Assembly: GCA_965637545.1 (NCBI GenBank)
Contig: OZ281501.1
Span: 11,842,001-11,906,000 of the forward strand
DNA: 64,000 nucleotides
Origin: Phallusia mammillata
Lineage: Eukaryota
Direction of reading: 5' to 3'
The notes beneath the pieces were generated by a model. The model saw only the letters and a list, made by a program, of their open reading frames with translations. It made no database searches and was not told the origin of the DNA. Shown here piece by piece: positions 35,902-49,114 of the stretch. Position 1 is the stretch's first letter; each line of letters begins with the position of its first letter. The translations under genes and the position numbers were made by a program.

Positions 35902-38453
35902 AACATGCTATCTTGAACATATGAAGCGACCGCTTAGACAGTGCTGTGTTGTCTTGCCCAACCGTGATGGAACTCGTGGTCAAGTCGTCATTTGGAACCT
36001 TTACACTGGATTGAACCGGGAGTTTTCCAATGGCGAAAGCGTCGATATTAACCACGAAACATCCAAAAGACTATAATGACTGTCAAACGTTCGACCGGTA
36101 AAAAAAAACTGACAAACCTGTTGTACTTGTTCTATTTTTGTGTTTTGTATGTGCTCGATCACGCCGACTCACATAAAATCCAACTTAAATTGAACACAAA
36201 TGAATTTTTAAACTTGCTAGGTCAAACGAATATCATCTCAAATCAGGACGTTTTGATACTATTTTAACGAAGCGATGTTATGTGACCCCCAAACTGGAAT
36301 AAATTAAAACACTTAAATACGGGAAAACACGTTACGTTCCTCACCAACCACTATTGCTCGGCCCCAGGTATAAATTGTCTAGACATCTTCAAACATTGTA
36401 TATAAACCAACAGTTGTAAATTAACTGTTCAAACTAGAATTTGTTTTAGGACATTAATTCTTGTTGTCAATAGAAGTGTTTGAAAATGATTTATCAGTAA
36501 AAATACTAGGAAGGAAAGTTGTAGTATGGGATTGCAAATCATTACATGGTCCTGAACTCTTCTGTCCCGAGCCGGCTCAATATATAGCAAGAAGGATCCC
36601 ATTGACAAATTGAGCATTTGCAACGTTAAATGATCGTGAATAAAAAAACTGTAACAATCTATTTTGGAAGAGGTTATAGGCTTGAGAAGAAACAAATTAT
36701 TTTACGTTGCTAGTTGTTTAGGAACTTTTTGGCTCAAAAAAGTCTGAACGTTTTTATTGACAATGCTGTTCGACTCGCAAGTCTTTTAGTATCAGTTTAA
36801 CTGACCAGTTCATTGTAAAACGGCCGTGCAGTGACTAGCAAATAGGAAAATAAATAGAAAAAACTAAAAAAACAAATGATGTTTCCTTGTGTAAAAAAAA
36901 CAGGAAGGACATTAAAATTTCTACAACAAAAAAAGCAAGTGTGTTTGAGTGACATGTTTTGTTAGATGCTAATTAGGCAGAGAAATATAATCAACAGTAA
37001 AATCGTTAATCTGTCGATATACTACATTTTAATTGATGTCGAAATCATAATATTTCAGCGACCAAAAGAGATTTAAAGAGTACAAATGGAAAAAAAAAGT
37101 GCAAAGCTGTGTTGCAAAACGATATGTGGAGTCAAATCGATCCCTATTGGATTGACTGTCACCTAAGTAAAAGGTCATCCGAGCCAAACGGTATTATGAA
37201 GGCGTAGGTCTATTATTAAATAATCAACCCCTGTGAGTTTACACTGCACAGTATTCCTCAGTGCAGTGTAAGCTAACCAAAAAAAAGTACGATGTATTTA
37301 GTCTCTTCACTGTGTATCTGCCCGTTTTAGCAGTGGCTGTCCTTTTTTGCATAATTTTACATCATAACTTAGTTTGTGGTACATCACCGTGTCACATCAC
37401 AAATACAGCCAAAAGTTGGGTAGTAATTTGTTGGACACTGTGCAAATGTGATTACAGGACCTGAGCAAGGTTGCTTCCGTTGGAGAGCCTGATCGAATTA
37501 AACCCTGACCCCTGCCAGAGTTCGTGAAAAACCAACCTACGCAAATCGCGACAGACGTGGTCTTGAGATTCTGACAATCCGTCGCTTACAATTTCACTCA
37601 AAATAGCCAAGAGCCCCAGATAAATTGTATTTGTGGCGAAACGCTTGTCCGTCGTGTTTCTTACCGTGTTATAGGGCTATCGTTTTTTTTAATCCTTAGG
37701 GAGCACCACAGCCCTGGCAGAAGGGCAATTAAATGGCAAATGTTCTAATAAAGATCGAAATTTACCCAGTGGACAATGCAGAAAAATCTCTTAATCTAAG
37801 CCGGGTCGTTAATTCTGCCAAGATCGTTTCCCACTAAAACTCTTTGATTTATCGTTGTATTTTCCAAAAGCTTAATTGTTCTGATGTGATTTTGCTGCAT
37901 GTTCAGTTCGGTAAACGAATAAAAAACACGTTTTATTTTATTGTTGGTAAAAGACGCATACCAAAAATATCCAACGCGTTGACAAAGACTACAGAAAGCA
38001 ATTTTTCAACAAAGCACTTACATGTCATAAATTTAACACAGTGACATTCAAGGTTACGCTATTTAAAATTACGATTTTTTTTCATCTTTAGGTTACGAAA
38101 GTACAGATATGGTCAATAGCACTGTATTGTTTTTGACTCCAAAAACCTTTGCAATACAAAAACTGCACAATTAAGATAGTCTTCAGATCCCGTTTTAATT
38201 TGGTAGAAACCGAAATTTTGGTAGGAAAAAGTCCCACTAAACATGGTGACACTAATAGCAGCTAACCTGTTTTTACGGCGAGTAGCCACCAAAGCAGGGA
38301 CCGTATGTGGCGTAATCCACTTTGCGCGGCAACCCGATTCAATAGCAGTTGACATGTGCGTGTAAAGGTTGCGTGAGAACCGAGGGTAACCAGTCCGTAA
38401 GTGGATTACAATCGAGTGAGGTGGTCTAATTCCGTCCGGTTCACTGCCGAGCG

Positions 38454-38538
38454 CTGATTGGCTGAGAGCGTTTGCCCTTGCGCTCGTCACGGCTTCTGAT
38501 TGGCTGCGTCGGAGTGTTGGGTTGCTTGGTCACATGAG
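38454..38538 (-). promoter_or_regulatory. Promoter-like cluster with no assigned gene: two NF-Y boxes and an M-box
   Basis: CTGATTGGCTG (reverse complement CAGCCAATCAG) at 38454-38464 and 38496-38506, and GTCACATGAG at 38529-38538, in a locally GC-rich patch. Candidate minus-strand donor AG|GTTAGC at 38267/38266. Confidence 0.45.
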
Positions 38539-39037
38539 CGAGGGGTTGGCCGGTAACCGCGTTCTGGAAATTGATAAAAAATATAATTATGTCATTTCTG
38601 CAAATATATTATCCGGCATTCGGCGATTACTTTGAAACCCTTAAAGTTGTGACTATAGGTGCCAATAGCGGGAAGATATTTGTACGACCAGGGTCCAACA
38701 TGTTCTCTTCTAATCAAGCAATATATTGCCTTAACAACACTATATATTTAATGGCGATTAGAGAATAAACGTTTAGACGTGGCGTAAGTGGCAAGACAAA
38801 GCAGGACAAGACGTGAAAGTTTGGTCCATTGTAAAATATTTTAATTGGCATTCATCGTTTGTTCATGCAGATCAAATCTGACAAGAGGAAAAATTCTAAT
38901 TCACCCATGTGGTGGTATAATACGTTCCCTATTACATAAACGTAAACACTTTCATCATGGACTTGGAGAAATGGGCAGTCTAACTATTCGATTGTGCTAT
39001 GTTCAACCATATGACCTTTGCCACGAACATGCAAACG

Positions 39038-42000
39038 TCATAAAATTTTGTTTAATTTTCTATTTTGCCCAGAAGGCAAAAAATTCACAGACTTTACGTA
39101 AATACGAATCAAGTTTTATTGTACCTGAATGTTTGGATGGTGACGTTCAACTAATACAGAGCCACTTGGGGGCGCCGACACATTTGGGCTTCTGGAACGG
39201 GGTCCAGGGTCGCCACCCGCCACACCGGTGACTTTAGCGGATAAGGTAGAAGTACGGCCAGCCTGGATTCGAACTGGTCCGTGACTTTGAGGTTTGGAAA
39301 ACTGCTGGTTGGTCCGCACAGGATTAGATTGAGTTTTAGCTGGTACCTGCAAAAATATGGTTGAAGACTCAAAAATGCCTCAAATAACAATGCCTCACTT
39401 TTCATACCCACAAAGCGCCTTCTAAACATTTCGGTTGTTTATTTGGTATTAAAGCAAAAAAGGCTACACGTGTGTTCATACATGGACTATACAGGCTTAC
39501 AAAACCACAACCTTGGTGCTTTTGAAAAACAACATTTTGCAAATTTAAGCAGGAAAATGTCATGGCGGAAAACATCGATCACTGCAATTTGGATCGAGAA
39601 ATGCCTAAACCTAAATAATACCTTGTTCGCAATAATTAACATGATTTCCCACCTGGTCATTATGCAACAAGTGTTCGATCGTTGACGTATGTGCCACCCT
39701 AAAACCAAACTAAAATCGACCAAAGGGGAGAAAAGGGGGGAGTGTTGATGTTTCACTCTCCCGCAATTATTAAGACATTTTTAGGTTTTTGAATTGGGAA
39801 ACAGCAAACCGTTCGCTCTAGTATTATCAAATCAGTAACGATACTGTATGTTTGTACAATTCTCCTACATGTGATTTAAAAATCTAATTCGTATTTATGT
39901 TCACAAACACGAGAATCCATAACCAAAAATAATTCCTAAAATAAGACAAATATTCTAAATAAACATAGAGAAGTGTTTTCGTTTTCCACATAGCTTGAAG
40001 TGTAGCCCTTCCTTGCCTTTAGTATTGATTTTTGTGACAAGGTTTTTGCCAAAAATCAAACAAACGAAAACCAAAGTGTCAGATAAAAAAGGTTAAGCAT
40101 CATAACGTAGCGTAATATTCGTTAAATACCCAGAACCAATCAATTGAAATACGATCGAACTCCGTGGATATAAAGAGTCACCGACAGCCGCACCCACATG
40201 CTAATTACCTTGCTAACTGTAGGGCGGGGCATCATAGGATCGGCATTCCTCAACAGCGAATCACCGGTGCGGCGTGTTTGATTGACAGCTGGTTTGGTGC
40301 GCTGCGGTTGTTCGGCATCGGATGAGGCGCAGGTGAGAGCATCAACAGCGGCTGCTAGTGTCCGGACTTCCTCAGTGGCTGCGAGAGGTAAGGTTTGAAT
40401 GTAATCATAGAATTTTTCGCAGCTCCAACGCTCAGAATTTTGCACAACTTGTTGACTCAACAAATAGGCATTTTTTTGTCAAACTAATCCAGTTAACACA
40501 TCATTTAGGCACAAATATATCGTTTTTATATGAGCACGTGTTAAAGCCTTAAAAAATATAATTAAAATTTTACACATGAAATTTAGACATTTACTTTATT
40601 ATTATCTCTAAAACATAATTTTTGTTAAAATATATGAAGCTTACTTGTCGTATTTTCCTCCTCGGCGTTAAACATCGTCATTGCTTCAAGGTTGAGTGCA
40701 CACACGCCACGCATGAATGCCTTTTTCATAGTTTCTTCATATCGATCTCGTTCATCGTGCAAACGCTGGACTTCGTCACGAGAGCTCTCCAGTGCTTCGT
40801 TGATCTTTAAAGAATACATTTTAAATCTTTAAACTATTTCAGAAAAAAACACGAATAAATACAAAACTCAAATTATACGAGGTTTCTTACCGATGCCAGT
40901 TTAGCCTCGTAATCGTCAGTGAGCTTCATACACACTTCCTGTGCTTTTTTCTGACAAGCTTTTTCCACCTTTTCCCGCCATTTTACTTCCACTAAACTTC
41001 TCCAACCCTGCCACGCCTTCGCCGCTAGAGCATGCTCGCGATGACGTCGCGCCAAAGTGGAAGTAAAACCCTTAAATACAAAGTTGTGTTTAATTTAATC
41101 AGGCCCCAAAAAATTGAAAAAAAATCACGGTGAAGTATTATGAAAATGTTTAAAACAAATTTGAAATCACACATAAATTTATGTCAAACCTCAAAATTAC
41201 CTGTCGTTTTTCATCAACTAGTCTTATTTTCCAGTGAGTAAGAGCCCTTGCCATCTCCTGCCTTTCCTTACTACTGTGCAGTGCTCTGGTCAGGTTGGAT
41301 ATCACAGAATCTTTGCGGTTCAGTGAAGTATCGTAAGTGTGTAAAAGTTCCTTCAGATTGGCAATCTCATCCTTAAATCACAAAAAATAACTTAGTTGTG
41401 TACATACATTTTACCTAATAACATTAAGTTTTACTTTAGCAACAATGTGTTACAGCCCTTAACGAAGCTATATGCTAAGTGTTACAAAATTTAAAACTGA
41501 ACATGAAAATATTTTTGATCTTTTTTTTACAACTCAAATATATATATATATATATATATATATGATAACAAAATATAATAACACCTGTAACTTATTTCTC
41601 TCAGATTCATGTTCTTGTTGCATTCCATGAAGTTGACGACGATAATTTTCTGTAATTGTAATCTTAATCTGGCTCAGTTCAGCCTACAACAAGAACATTT
41701 TTTTCAACGAGAGCAAAATGAGATGAAAAGTCTACAAACTTAAAATAGGCTACAAAATATTAGCTACACTATTATATATAACCTGCCTATTTGTAACTAA
41801 TAGTGATTTTCAATTGCTTTTTTTACAATTTTACTATTCAGCACATTGTTAGAAATTGAATTAAGACATCGTCTGTGACGTCACTTCACACATCTGGCTT
41901 TTCCTTTTTTTTCCTTAGTGCTTTATATACCGTGTTCTACAGCTTGATTAAAAACATGTACTGATGATGACAACAGAGATTGTCGAAACGTCTACACGAT

Positions 42001-43913
42001 GTATTCTATATACACCACTACCTTGGCAGTAATGTTTATGATTGAATTAAGACATGCTGTACAACTAAAATTTATGAGGAAAAGGTAATACCAAAACAGA
42101 GCTGTTCATCTTTGTATGCCAGCTGGAAAGATGAGTGTACATGCGCTTAATATCAGCATCCCCATTATCACTTGCATCTAACGTTGACTCATATTGTTTT
42201 CTTGATGCACTGGGTTCTTCTCTCAAGGAGGAAGTTGCAAGGTTCGGAATTCCTTGCAGAATGTCTGCCAATAAACAGCATTACTTCTCTACATCCCCAA
42301 CCTTTGATCAAATATAATGTAGTTAATAGGCAATTGTCAACTGTTTTCAAACCTTTTGGTGAAGGCTGTGAACTGCTTCTGAAGGTTCTTCTATCAGTGG
42401 CAATCTCTTCACTTCCCATTGCACTATCATGGCCTTCACGCTTTTCAGATTCGGTTCTGGATGAGTTATCTAATATAAATTTGAGCAGTTAATATTTTGT
42501 ATTGGAGCGTTTTTGTCCAATGTTGGTCTGAATTTCCTAGTGGGTTGCAAAATAAAGGAAGTAACTCTAATCTCTTGTTTATTGGCTGATGACCATGGGT
42601 GTGCATGACAATGCTAAATCTTTACATTGGTTTTGTTTGTTGTCAAGAGCAACATCAACCAAAACATTAATGATGCAAAACAACTTTTTTGCGTTTCAAC
42701 CTGAAAAATAATAGATAGCACAAACAACTATTTTAGGGTGCTGAATATCGCTAGGTCAAAAAAGTCAGGCAACCACTGGTTTAAGTATGGAGTCACAGGT
42801 TATAAACATGTAACTATAAAACCCTACAGTTATATCAAAAATAAAAGCTATCCATTTTACTTACTCTGTTCATACTGACAGGTTAAGAACAAAAACATTA
42901 TGCAGTTGTATTATTAAAAGATGCTGAGTTGAGTTTATTTCGCTCTGTGAAAAATTGTAGTAACACAATTGCACTAAAATATTCTGCTTGCCGGAGATAG
43001 CAATAGCATGTTAATTCATAGCCAGAAAATAGCAACCTGAATATTCATCAACAGTTGTGAGAGCAAGATCATCTGGTTCTTGAAGTCGAAGTTGAGGAAG
43101 TGTAACATTCTGTTGCACTGTTACACTTGGCTCCCACTTTGGTGTGACAAGAGCATATTTTAGTAGTTCATCATACTCCTCCTGCAGAAAGATGCAAATT
43201 TGTTTGTAAGTTTGCCGCCAAAATGACACCTGTTAATAGGAGTAAAGGACTTTTTCCAAGTAGGACAAGGACATGACAGCAGAAGTGTTGGACTTGTAGG
43301 TACACTGTTTGATGACTACTGAGTTTATAATACATCAATGCTTTTAAAAGTATGCAAAGAGAAATACACAAATTCATTTATTACACACAAATACACAAAC
43401 CCTCAGGTCAGCAAACATTTTTAACACCATTTGGTTTCTTTTCCTGTGTCCTAAAGATACTTCTCTAGTCTGTTTGGGTGTGAACGAATTCAGACTACGT
43501 GCAACATGCAGCATACTTTTTTAGTTTAAGCTTCTGACGTTTATTTGTTTATGCTGTTTTGTGGCTAAAATCTATTACACATCACTTTAGCCCTTTCTTT
43601 TACCATTGACGCTGCCCACACATGTGAAATATATATCTCCTCAAGAACCACGACCAATTTTCAGCCAGAAGCTCTGCTTCTTTTAAACTGGTGTATAAAT
43701 CATAAAAACGTTGTTGGTAAAAATGAACTATGCAAGTAAAGCAAAACTTTTTGAGAACGACGCATTACAAAGTTCATTTTTAACACAATAAATATTTAAA
43801 ACAACGAATTACGAAGAAACGCTAACCTGCAAACCAGATGATACGGAACTTCCTTTTGAAGTGTCGTAATTTATCAGCGGTCCGTCCCCGTCATCTTCGC
43901 TTATGCTGGACAT
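39038..43913 (-). CDS. POC5: Centriolar protein POC5
   Basis: Exons 43913-43827, 43181-43037, 42469-42353, 42264-42092, 41683-41585, 41371-41201, 41070-40891, 40804-40645, 40378-40209, 39346-39125 are in phase. The last exon is uncertain (candidate 39091-39038). Diagnostic blocks: [70 protein letters not shown]. Confidence 0.93.
41538..41563. repeat. (AT)n microsatellite in a POC5 intron
   Basis: About 13 uninterrupted AT units. Confidence 0.95.
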
Positions 43914-44139
43914 TTGTATGTTTTAAATACCGTTTTTATACCTAAGAATACTTTTCGGAATACCCAATATTGTGAAAATTTCCCAGCCAACCAACGCAAA
44001 ATCTAATCTACTGTGTCGTTTAAAGATCTTCGTCAAACCACCTCGGGCGTTCATTGGTTGCCGTGGGTGTCACGCATGAGGAATTCCAGTCAATAACATT
44101 TTTTTCTTTTCTAAACCTGTTTAAACGTTTAGTTCAAAC

Positions 44140-44737
44140 TAGGGTTGGTTCGGATATCAATAATTTCCACTATCCGGATAACGGATATATACGGATATTT
44201 TGAATTTAGTTATCCGGTTAACCGGATAATAATAACTTAAGTCTATTACAAAATCATCCAATAGTGCCACAGATTTCATTTTAGTGTTCATAATTTACAC
44301 CATATATACATCAAATTTACGCATACTGCTTAAGCAGTGTAGTTCTGAAAAAGAACGATATATCAGTTGTTTCACATATTGCCCTACAGTCAAATATCAG
44401 AATTCATCCTTCCGAGCGAATCGCCTTACAATGGATGCATTTTATAATTTATTAGTGTGACTTCAATTCTCTCGTGAATTTTAACATCTTTAGGGAATAT
44501 GCACAACAAAGTAAATATTCGTATTAATTAGGATAAACATAAATTCGTCTGTTGCATCTGTCACTGCACATTAACTGTGTGTCATATAAAATTATGTTAA
44601 AATGCATACAACGCTTACGCAGCACTATTATTTTGTTATCCGGTTAACCGACACAAAAATATCCGGATATCGGATAGCAAAAAACTCTTCGGTTAATCGG
44701 TTAACCGGTTATCCGTTAACCGTATAATTTAACCCTA
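44140..44737. mobile_element. hAT-type MITE with subterminal ATCCGG/CCGGTTAA repeats, upstream of POC5
   Basis: Termini TAGGGTT / AACCCTA. Perfect TSD GTTCAAAC (44132-44139, 44738-44745). Confidence 0.9.
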
Positions 44738-45251
44738 GTTCAAACCAATCATACCGGTAACAGCTTTCTGTTGACAACATTTTTAGTTTTTTTGTACTTT
44801 ATACATATCCAAGTTTGACTACTAGGCAATAACATGGCTTTCTCAGCACCATGCATTATTTATGCTATTGTGGGGTTGCCATATCCACGTGGGCCAAATT
44901 TCTGACACTTTCTACAAATATCATTCTCGAAACCAATCTTGCATCGAATTGCTCGTTACAGCATGTTGCATTTTGTCAGCCACATCACCATTGGTTTTCA
45001 AACCAGAAATACAAATTGATAAAGGCACAGGTCTCTTTTTTTCAAGCGATGAAATTCTCTTCCACAAAATTTTGTCAGCATTTACGATTAGTTAGCTGTT
45101 TGAATCGCCTAAAGATGGCGATCTCGACCACTTTAATATATGCTAGTGGTCGAGATGCTTAAATTCCGGACGATAGGAATGCTTTTGAAATTTCAAAATT
45201 CCGGAAGTCCGTTAATCCTAGCCTACCGGTGATAAAAGTGTTGGTTGTTAT

Positions 45252-45424
45252 CAGTGGTGGGATTCAGCCGGTTCGCACCGGTTCTCTAGAACTGTCTCAC
45301 GAAATTTTAAGATCAGCGAACCGGTTAGCATTACTGGTTAATGTCAATTGATTTTGTAACAAAACCGGCTGAAAAGTATAACTTTTGTGTTAGAACCGGC
45401 TGAAAAAATTTAATCCCACCACTG
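45252..45424. mobile_element. hAT-type MITE (family of 14493-14672)
   Basis: TIRs CAGTGGTGGGATT / AATCCCACCACTG. TSD GTTGTTAT / GTTGTGAT. The interior is the reverse complement of the 14.5-kb copy. Confidence 0.9.
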
Positions 45425-46494
45425 GTTGTGATCATGTCAGTTTACAATATTATTTTTTCATGAGAAACAGCGGTTCGATGACCGTGTTATTGAGTAGCCT
45501 ACCTACCACCAGCTAGTAATGATCGGCAACCTTTTCGTGTACTATTCGACATATCTTTGAGCAGGACTTTTTTTCAACCATTTTGCTGCTGTTTTGATGG
45601 CTAAACAATTAAAATTCTGTTCCACTTTCCACATTAGCCTTTAACAGCAATTTCGGCTCAGCTATTTATTTGAACTACAGCACAGTTCACATTACGTGTG
45701 TTAAATTTTTTAAAAAAGTAGCAAAATTTGTCTGTTTACATGCTTATCATTTATCTAACTAACCCAAACAAAAGCAATCAGTAATCGATGTCCTACTTTA
45801 AATTTTTATTTCCAAGTTTGGCCTTAAATGTTTTGAAAATACACAGTACGCAGTTGCGGCACGAAACGAGCCAATCATAAGCCGCAAGTGCGGTCACGTG
45901 CACCATGGAGCAGAGGAAAACAGGCCGACGCAATTCGGCGTTTGGAGCACCACATTTGTGAGTTTGCAAAGTTTTGGCTGGGGAAAATAATCTAATTGCG
46001 AATTGCACTCCAATTTTGCTTTACTGGAGGCCACAAAAACTGCAAGCAATATTTGTTTCTAGATTATGAAAATTGTGCCGACTGTTTTCACAAGGAAATC
46101 TGCATCACAACGTTGTGATAGAAAAAGCCGCGAGAGTGAAAATTTAGAGTCGCCAAAATCAACGACGTTATTATTGCCAATGCATAGATGGTACAGTAAG
46201 TTGTGTTGTTTTCACACAAATGGCGATTTCACACACACGATGTGAAAATGTCCAAAAAGCGACAGTTTTCCAAAATATGAGAAATCGCTTCATGAATAAA
46301 GCGGAAGGGCTTCAACATGATGCACCAAAACGAAACTACCTTTCTAACAAGTAAATGTTGGTGTTACCAAAAATGCCCAAAGCAGTTTTTTTTTCGGACA
46401 ACTGGGTTGCCATTTCACAATAATTTTTAGTAATCGACTTCGAAACACGACAGGGGGTGCCGAGGCAAAATACTTAATGTCGAAACAACCAAAG

Positions 46495-47100
46495 CTATAA
46501 GAATTTATCTAATGACGCGCAATGGGGTATCGACGAAGGCGACACAGCCAAGACAGTTTCAATCATGGACAAGTTGCATGACGTTGCAACCGCTATGTTT
46601 GGAGATCGTGGGTTGAAGCGACAGTCACCCGTCGCCAGGTGGCACAAGAAAGCTTTAACGCAGAAACAAACGCGCAACACGGTATAAATTAAAAAGAACG
46701 AGACAGAAAGAAACTAAAACACGAAGTTGCGCGCAGCAAAGAAAAGACGCTCGCTGACAAAAGTGAACGACAAGCTAGTGACACGGAGAATGGGAGAGAA
46801 CAAGCGAGCAACGATAGGAGAGAAAAATGACTTGCCATCGTAACGTCGTTGTCGAGATGGGGATTGCTATCAGCCGAAATCGCGAACAATTGTTCGGACA
46901 GGGAACATGTATACACCCCGAAATGTGAGAGATGCTCTGAAACGTGAAACCGGTTGTACCTTGTGTCGTTAACAAATGGAAATGTTTGTGGAAACAAAAA
47001 TGGCCGCCTGGAACATATTCCAACCGAAATCGGAATAGAACGCATCAAGAGGCGAGAACGAGCTTCAATGGGGTCATTACATCATGAAATCGAATCTAGT
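46495..47100 (+). mobile_element. Possible decayed RTE-clade LINE ORF fragment
   Basis: Broken + frames give LHDVATAMFG..RW, RKKLKHEVARSKEKTLADKSER and VVNKWK. These resemble, from memory, the linker between endonuclease and RT in RTE LINEs. No RT core motif is seen. Confidence 0.3.
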
Positions 47101-47212
47101 GAGCAGAGTATTTTTTTGATTAAGCAATTCGTTTACTTCAAAATAATGAAACTACCCAAACCATCAGTTGCTTGGTGCTTAAAGTAAATGTTGAAAATCG
47201 TTTTGTTTAGAC

Positions 47213-47665
47213 CAGTGGTTCTCAACCTTTTTTACTATGCGACCCCCTTTAGAGATTTTCTAACACCACGCGACCCCTTTACACACGCACACACACAGGA
47301 AGTTTAACTACCAGCATGTGTTGATTGTGTTCATCACACATTTGCAATCTAACGTGGCTGCAATAGTTCGGCGTTTTGCTGTATTCCGGAAAACGCCTAT
47401 TTTTCACTAACTATTTCACTACTTCGTGTTTTTTTATGTTAAGAAAAACCAAAACCCGCAATTATAGAAGTATACAATCGCAAATATTGTTGCGCCCGTT
47501 CTAAATCAAACGGTCGTGTGAGTTACTATATGCTAAACAAAAGTCACAGGGAAAGTTTTTTTGATACAGATAAAATAAATCCGTGTTCGGTTGCATCTCC
47601 GCGACCCCCTCAAAAGTGCTTGGCGACCCCTTGGGGGGTCGCGACCCCCAGGTTGAGAAACACTG
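47213..47665. mobile_element. hAT-type MITE
   Basis: TIRs CAGTGGTTCTCAACC / GGTTGAGAAACACTG. Perfect TSD GTTTAGAC (47205-47212, 47666-47673). GCGACCCC subterminal repeats. Confidence 0.92.
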
Positions 47666-49114
47666 GTTTAGACGGTCATAGGGAGGATTATTACTGATAA
47701 ATGTTATTGTTAAAAGAGGTTACAGTTCCTACATCTTGCAAGTTCGCATATGAATTCAACGCGGTGTATTTTCTCGTGATTTAGGCAACATCTATATTAG
47801 GGACGTGTTACCAAGCGGAATGTGTATCACATTTTACCTAAAAGGCTAACGAATGAACGGGGCGCGACACCTCGAAAGCACGTTTCACAAGCTTAACACT
47901 ATTGTTTGAAACAGAATTCTTTGCGCCGATGCGACCCTCCAGAGGTCACGTGTCTACAGCACGACACCCCCATCGACCACGCCTTGCCCAAAGACCTTCG
48001 ATAAAAGAAACGAAAACGAACTGAAAACGGGGTCAAATTATTTTACGACGATGGGCCTGATGGCCCTACCCCACGCTCGGGTATGAAACAGTGCTAAAAA
48101 ACGGAAGAACAAGAATACGCGAGCAGTTGACAAGAAACCACCTAAAATCAGCAGTTTGCGCCGGATTCCTATATTTTCGGTTTGATCAATGGCTTGAACA
48201 AAGAAACCGTCACTAGGTATTCCAAACTCGACGAGAGCGCACAGTAGTTATCGATTTACCCTAACGCCCGAATAACCTATAGTGCGAATTTACTGCGAAT
48301 ACTGCTCAACACTTGACGAGAGGTCAATTCGCGAAAAAGCACCGAAGGAAAAGACAGCACGGCGACCCGGGACATGACAAGCTAACGCCGTCAAAATAAC
48401 TAAGCTCGTCGCCGTTACCTTACCTAAAGTTTATGGTTTAAGTACGTTTGTGAGTGTGGAGATTGGCTGTTCCGTTTTATAAGCCCTTACGGCCGGTGAA
48501 AAGTTTTGCCCACCAGGTAGCGCACAGTGCAAACGATCGACGCCGTCGGTTGTGTCCCCAACTTGCATTTTGCTCGTGGCGCAACAACGAAAATTGGCCT
48601 AACAGGGTTGCTCGAGCAAGGCGCGCAAGTGATCGATTGTTAAAGTTTTTTTTGCCGGAAAAAAAGTTAAGCATAAATAACGTTTAAAAATTTTTTCTTT
48701 GGTTTTTCTTTTTGCAAACTGAACACAAATCCTTCTCGTCAGAATCGCGCGACGTTAAGAATGGTTCGCATTTAAGCTCGCGAACACAGCAAAGAGAGAG
48801 GGCAAAAAAATCCCTTGCACGATTTAGATGTCCCCGGAATAGGAGAGTCTGAGGAACAGTGATCACGTGATTCGGTTGCTGCCATGGCGACGGGGGCGAA
48901 AGGGAGTCAGACCGTTGACTCTCCCCCTTTGCATATTGTCGCGTCACAGTAGGTACCCCCTTCTGTTGCAATCAGAGCAGCAGCTTTGGCGGGGAACAGC
49001 TGCGACCTCATTTTGCTAATTTGCTTGAAGTATCGGATCGCGCCATGCGCTGGTGACGTCACACGGAGCGCTGCAACAGTTTTTTTGGGCAAGCAAGCCC
49101 CGCAAATCCTCGTA

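Noticed and set aside
35032-36055. Antisense and alternative-frame ORFs over GPCR paralog B (and 22316-23015 over paralog A)
   Set aside because: Shadow ORFs of real coding sequence with no independent features.
37450-37800. Possible minus-strand coding exons downstream of the orphan promoter
   Set aside because: Splice-like sites exist but no phase-consistent chain or recognisable protein motif could be assembled.
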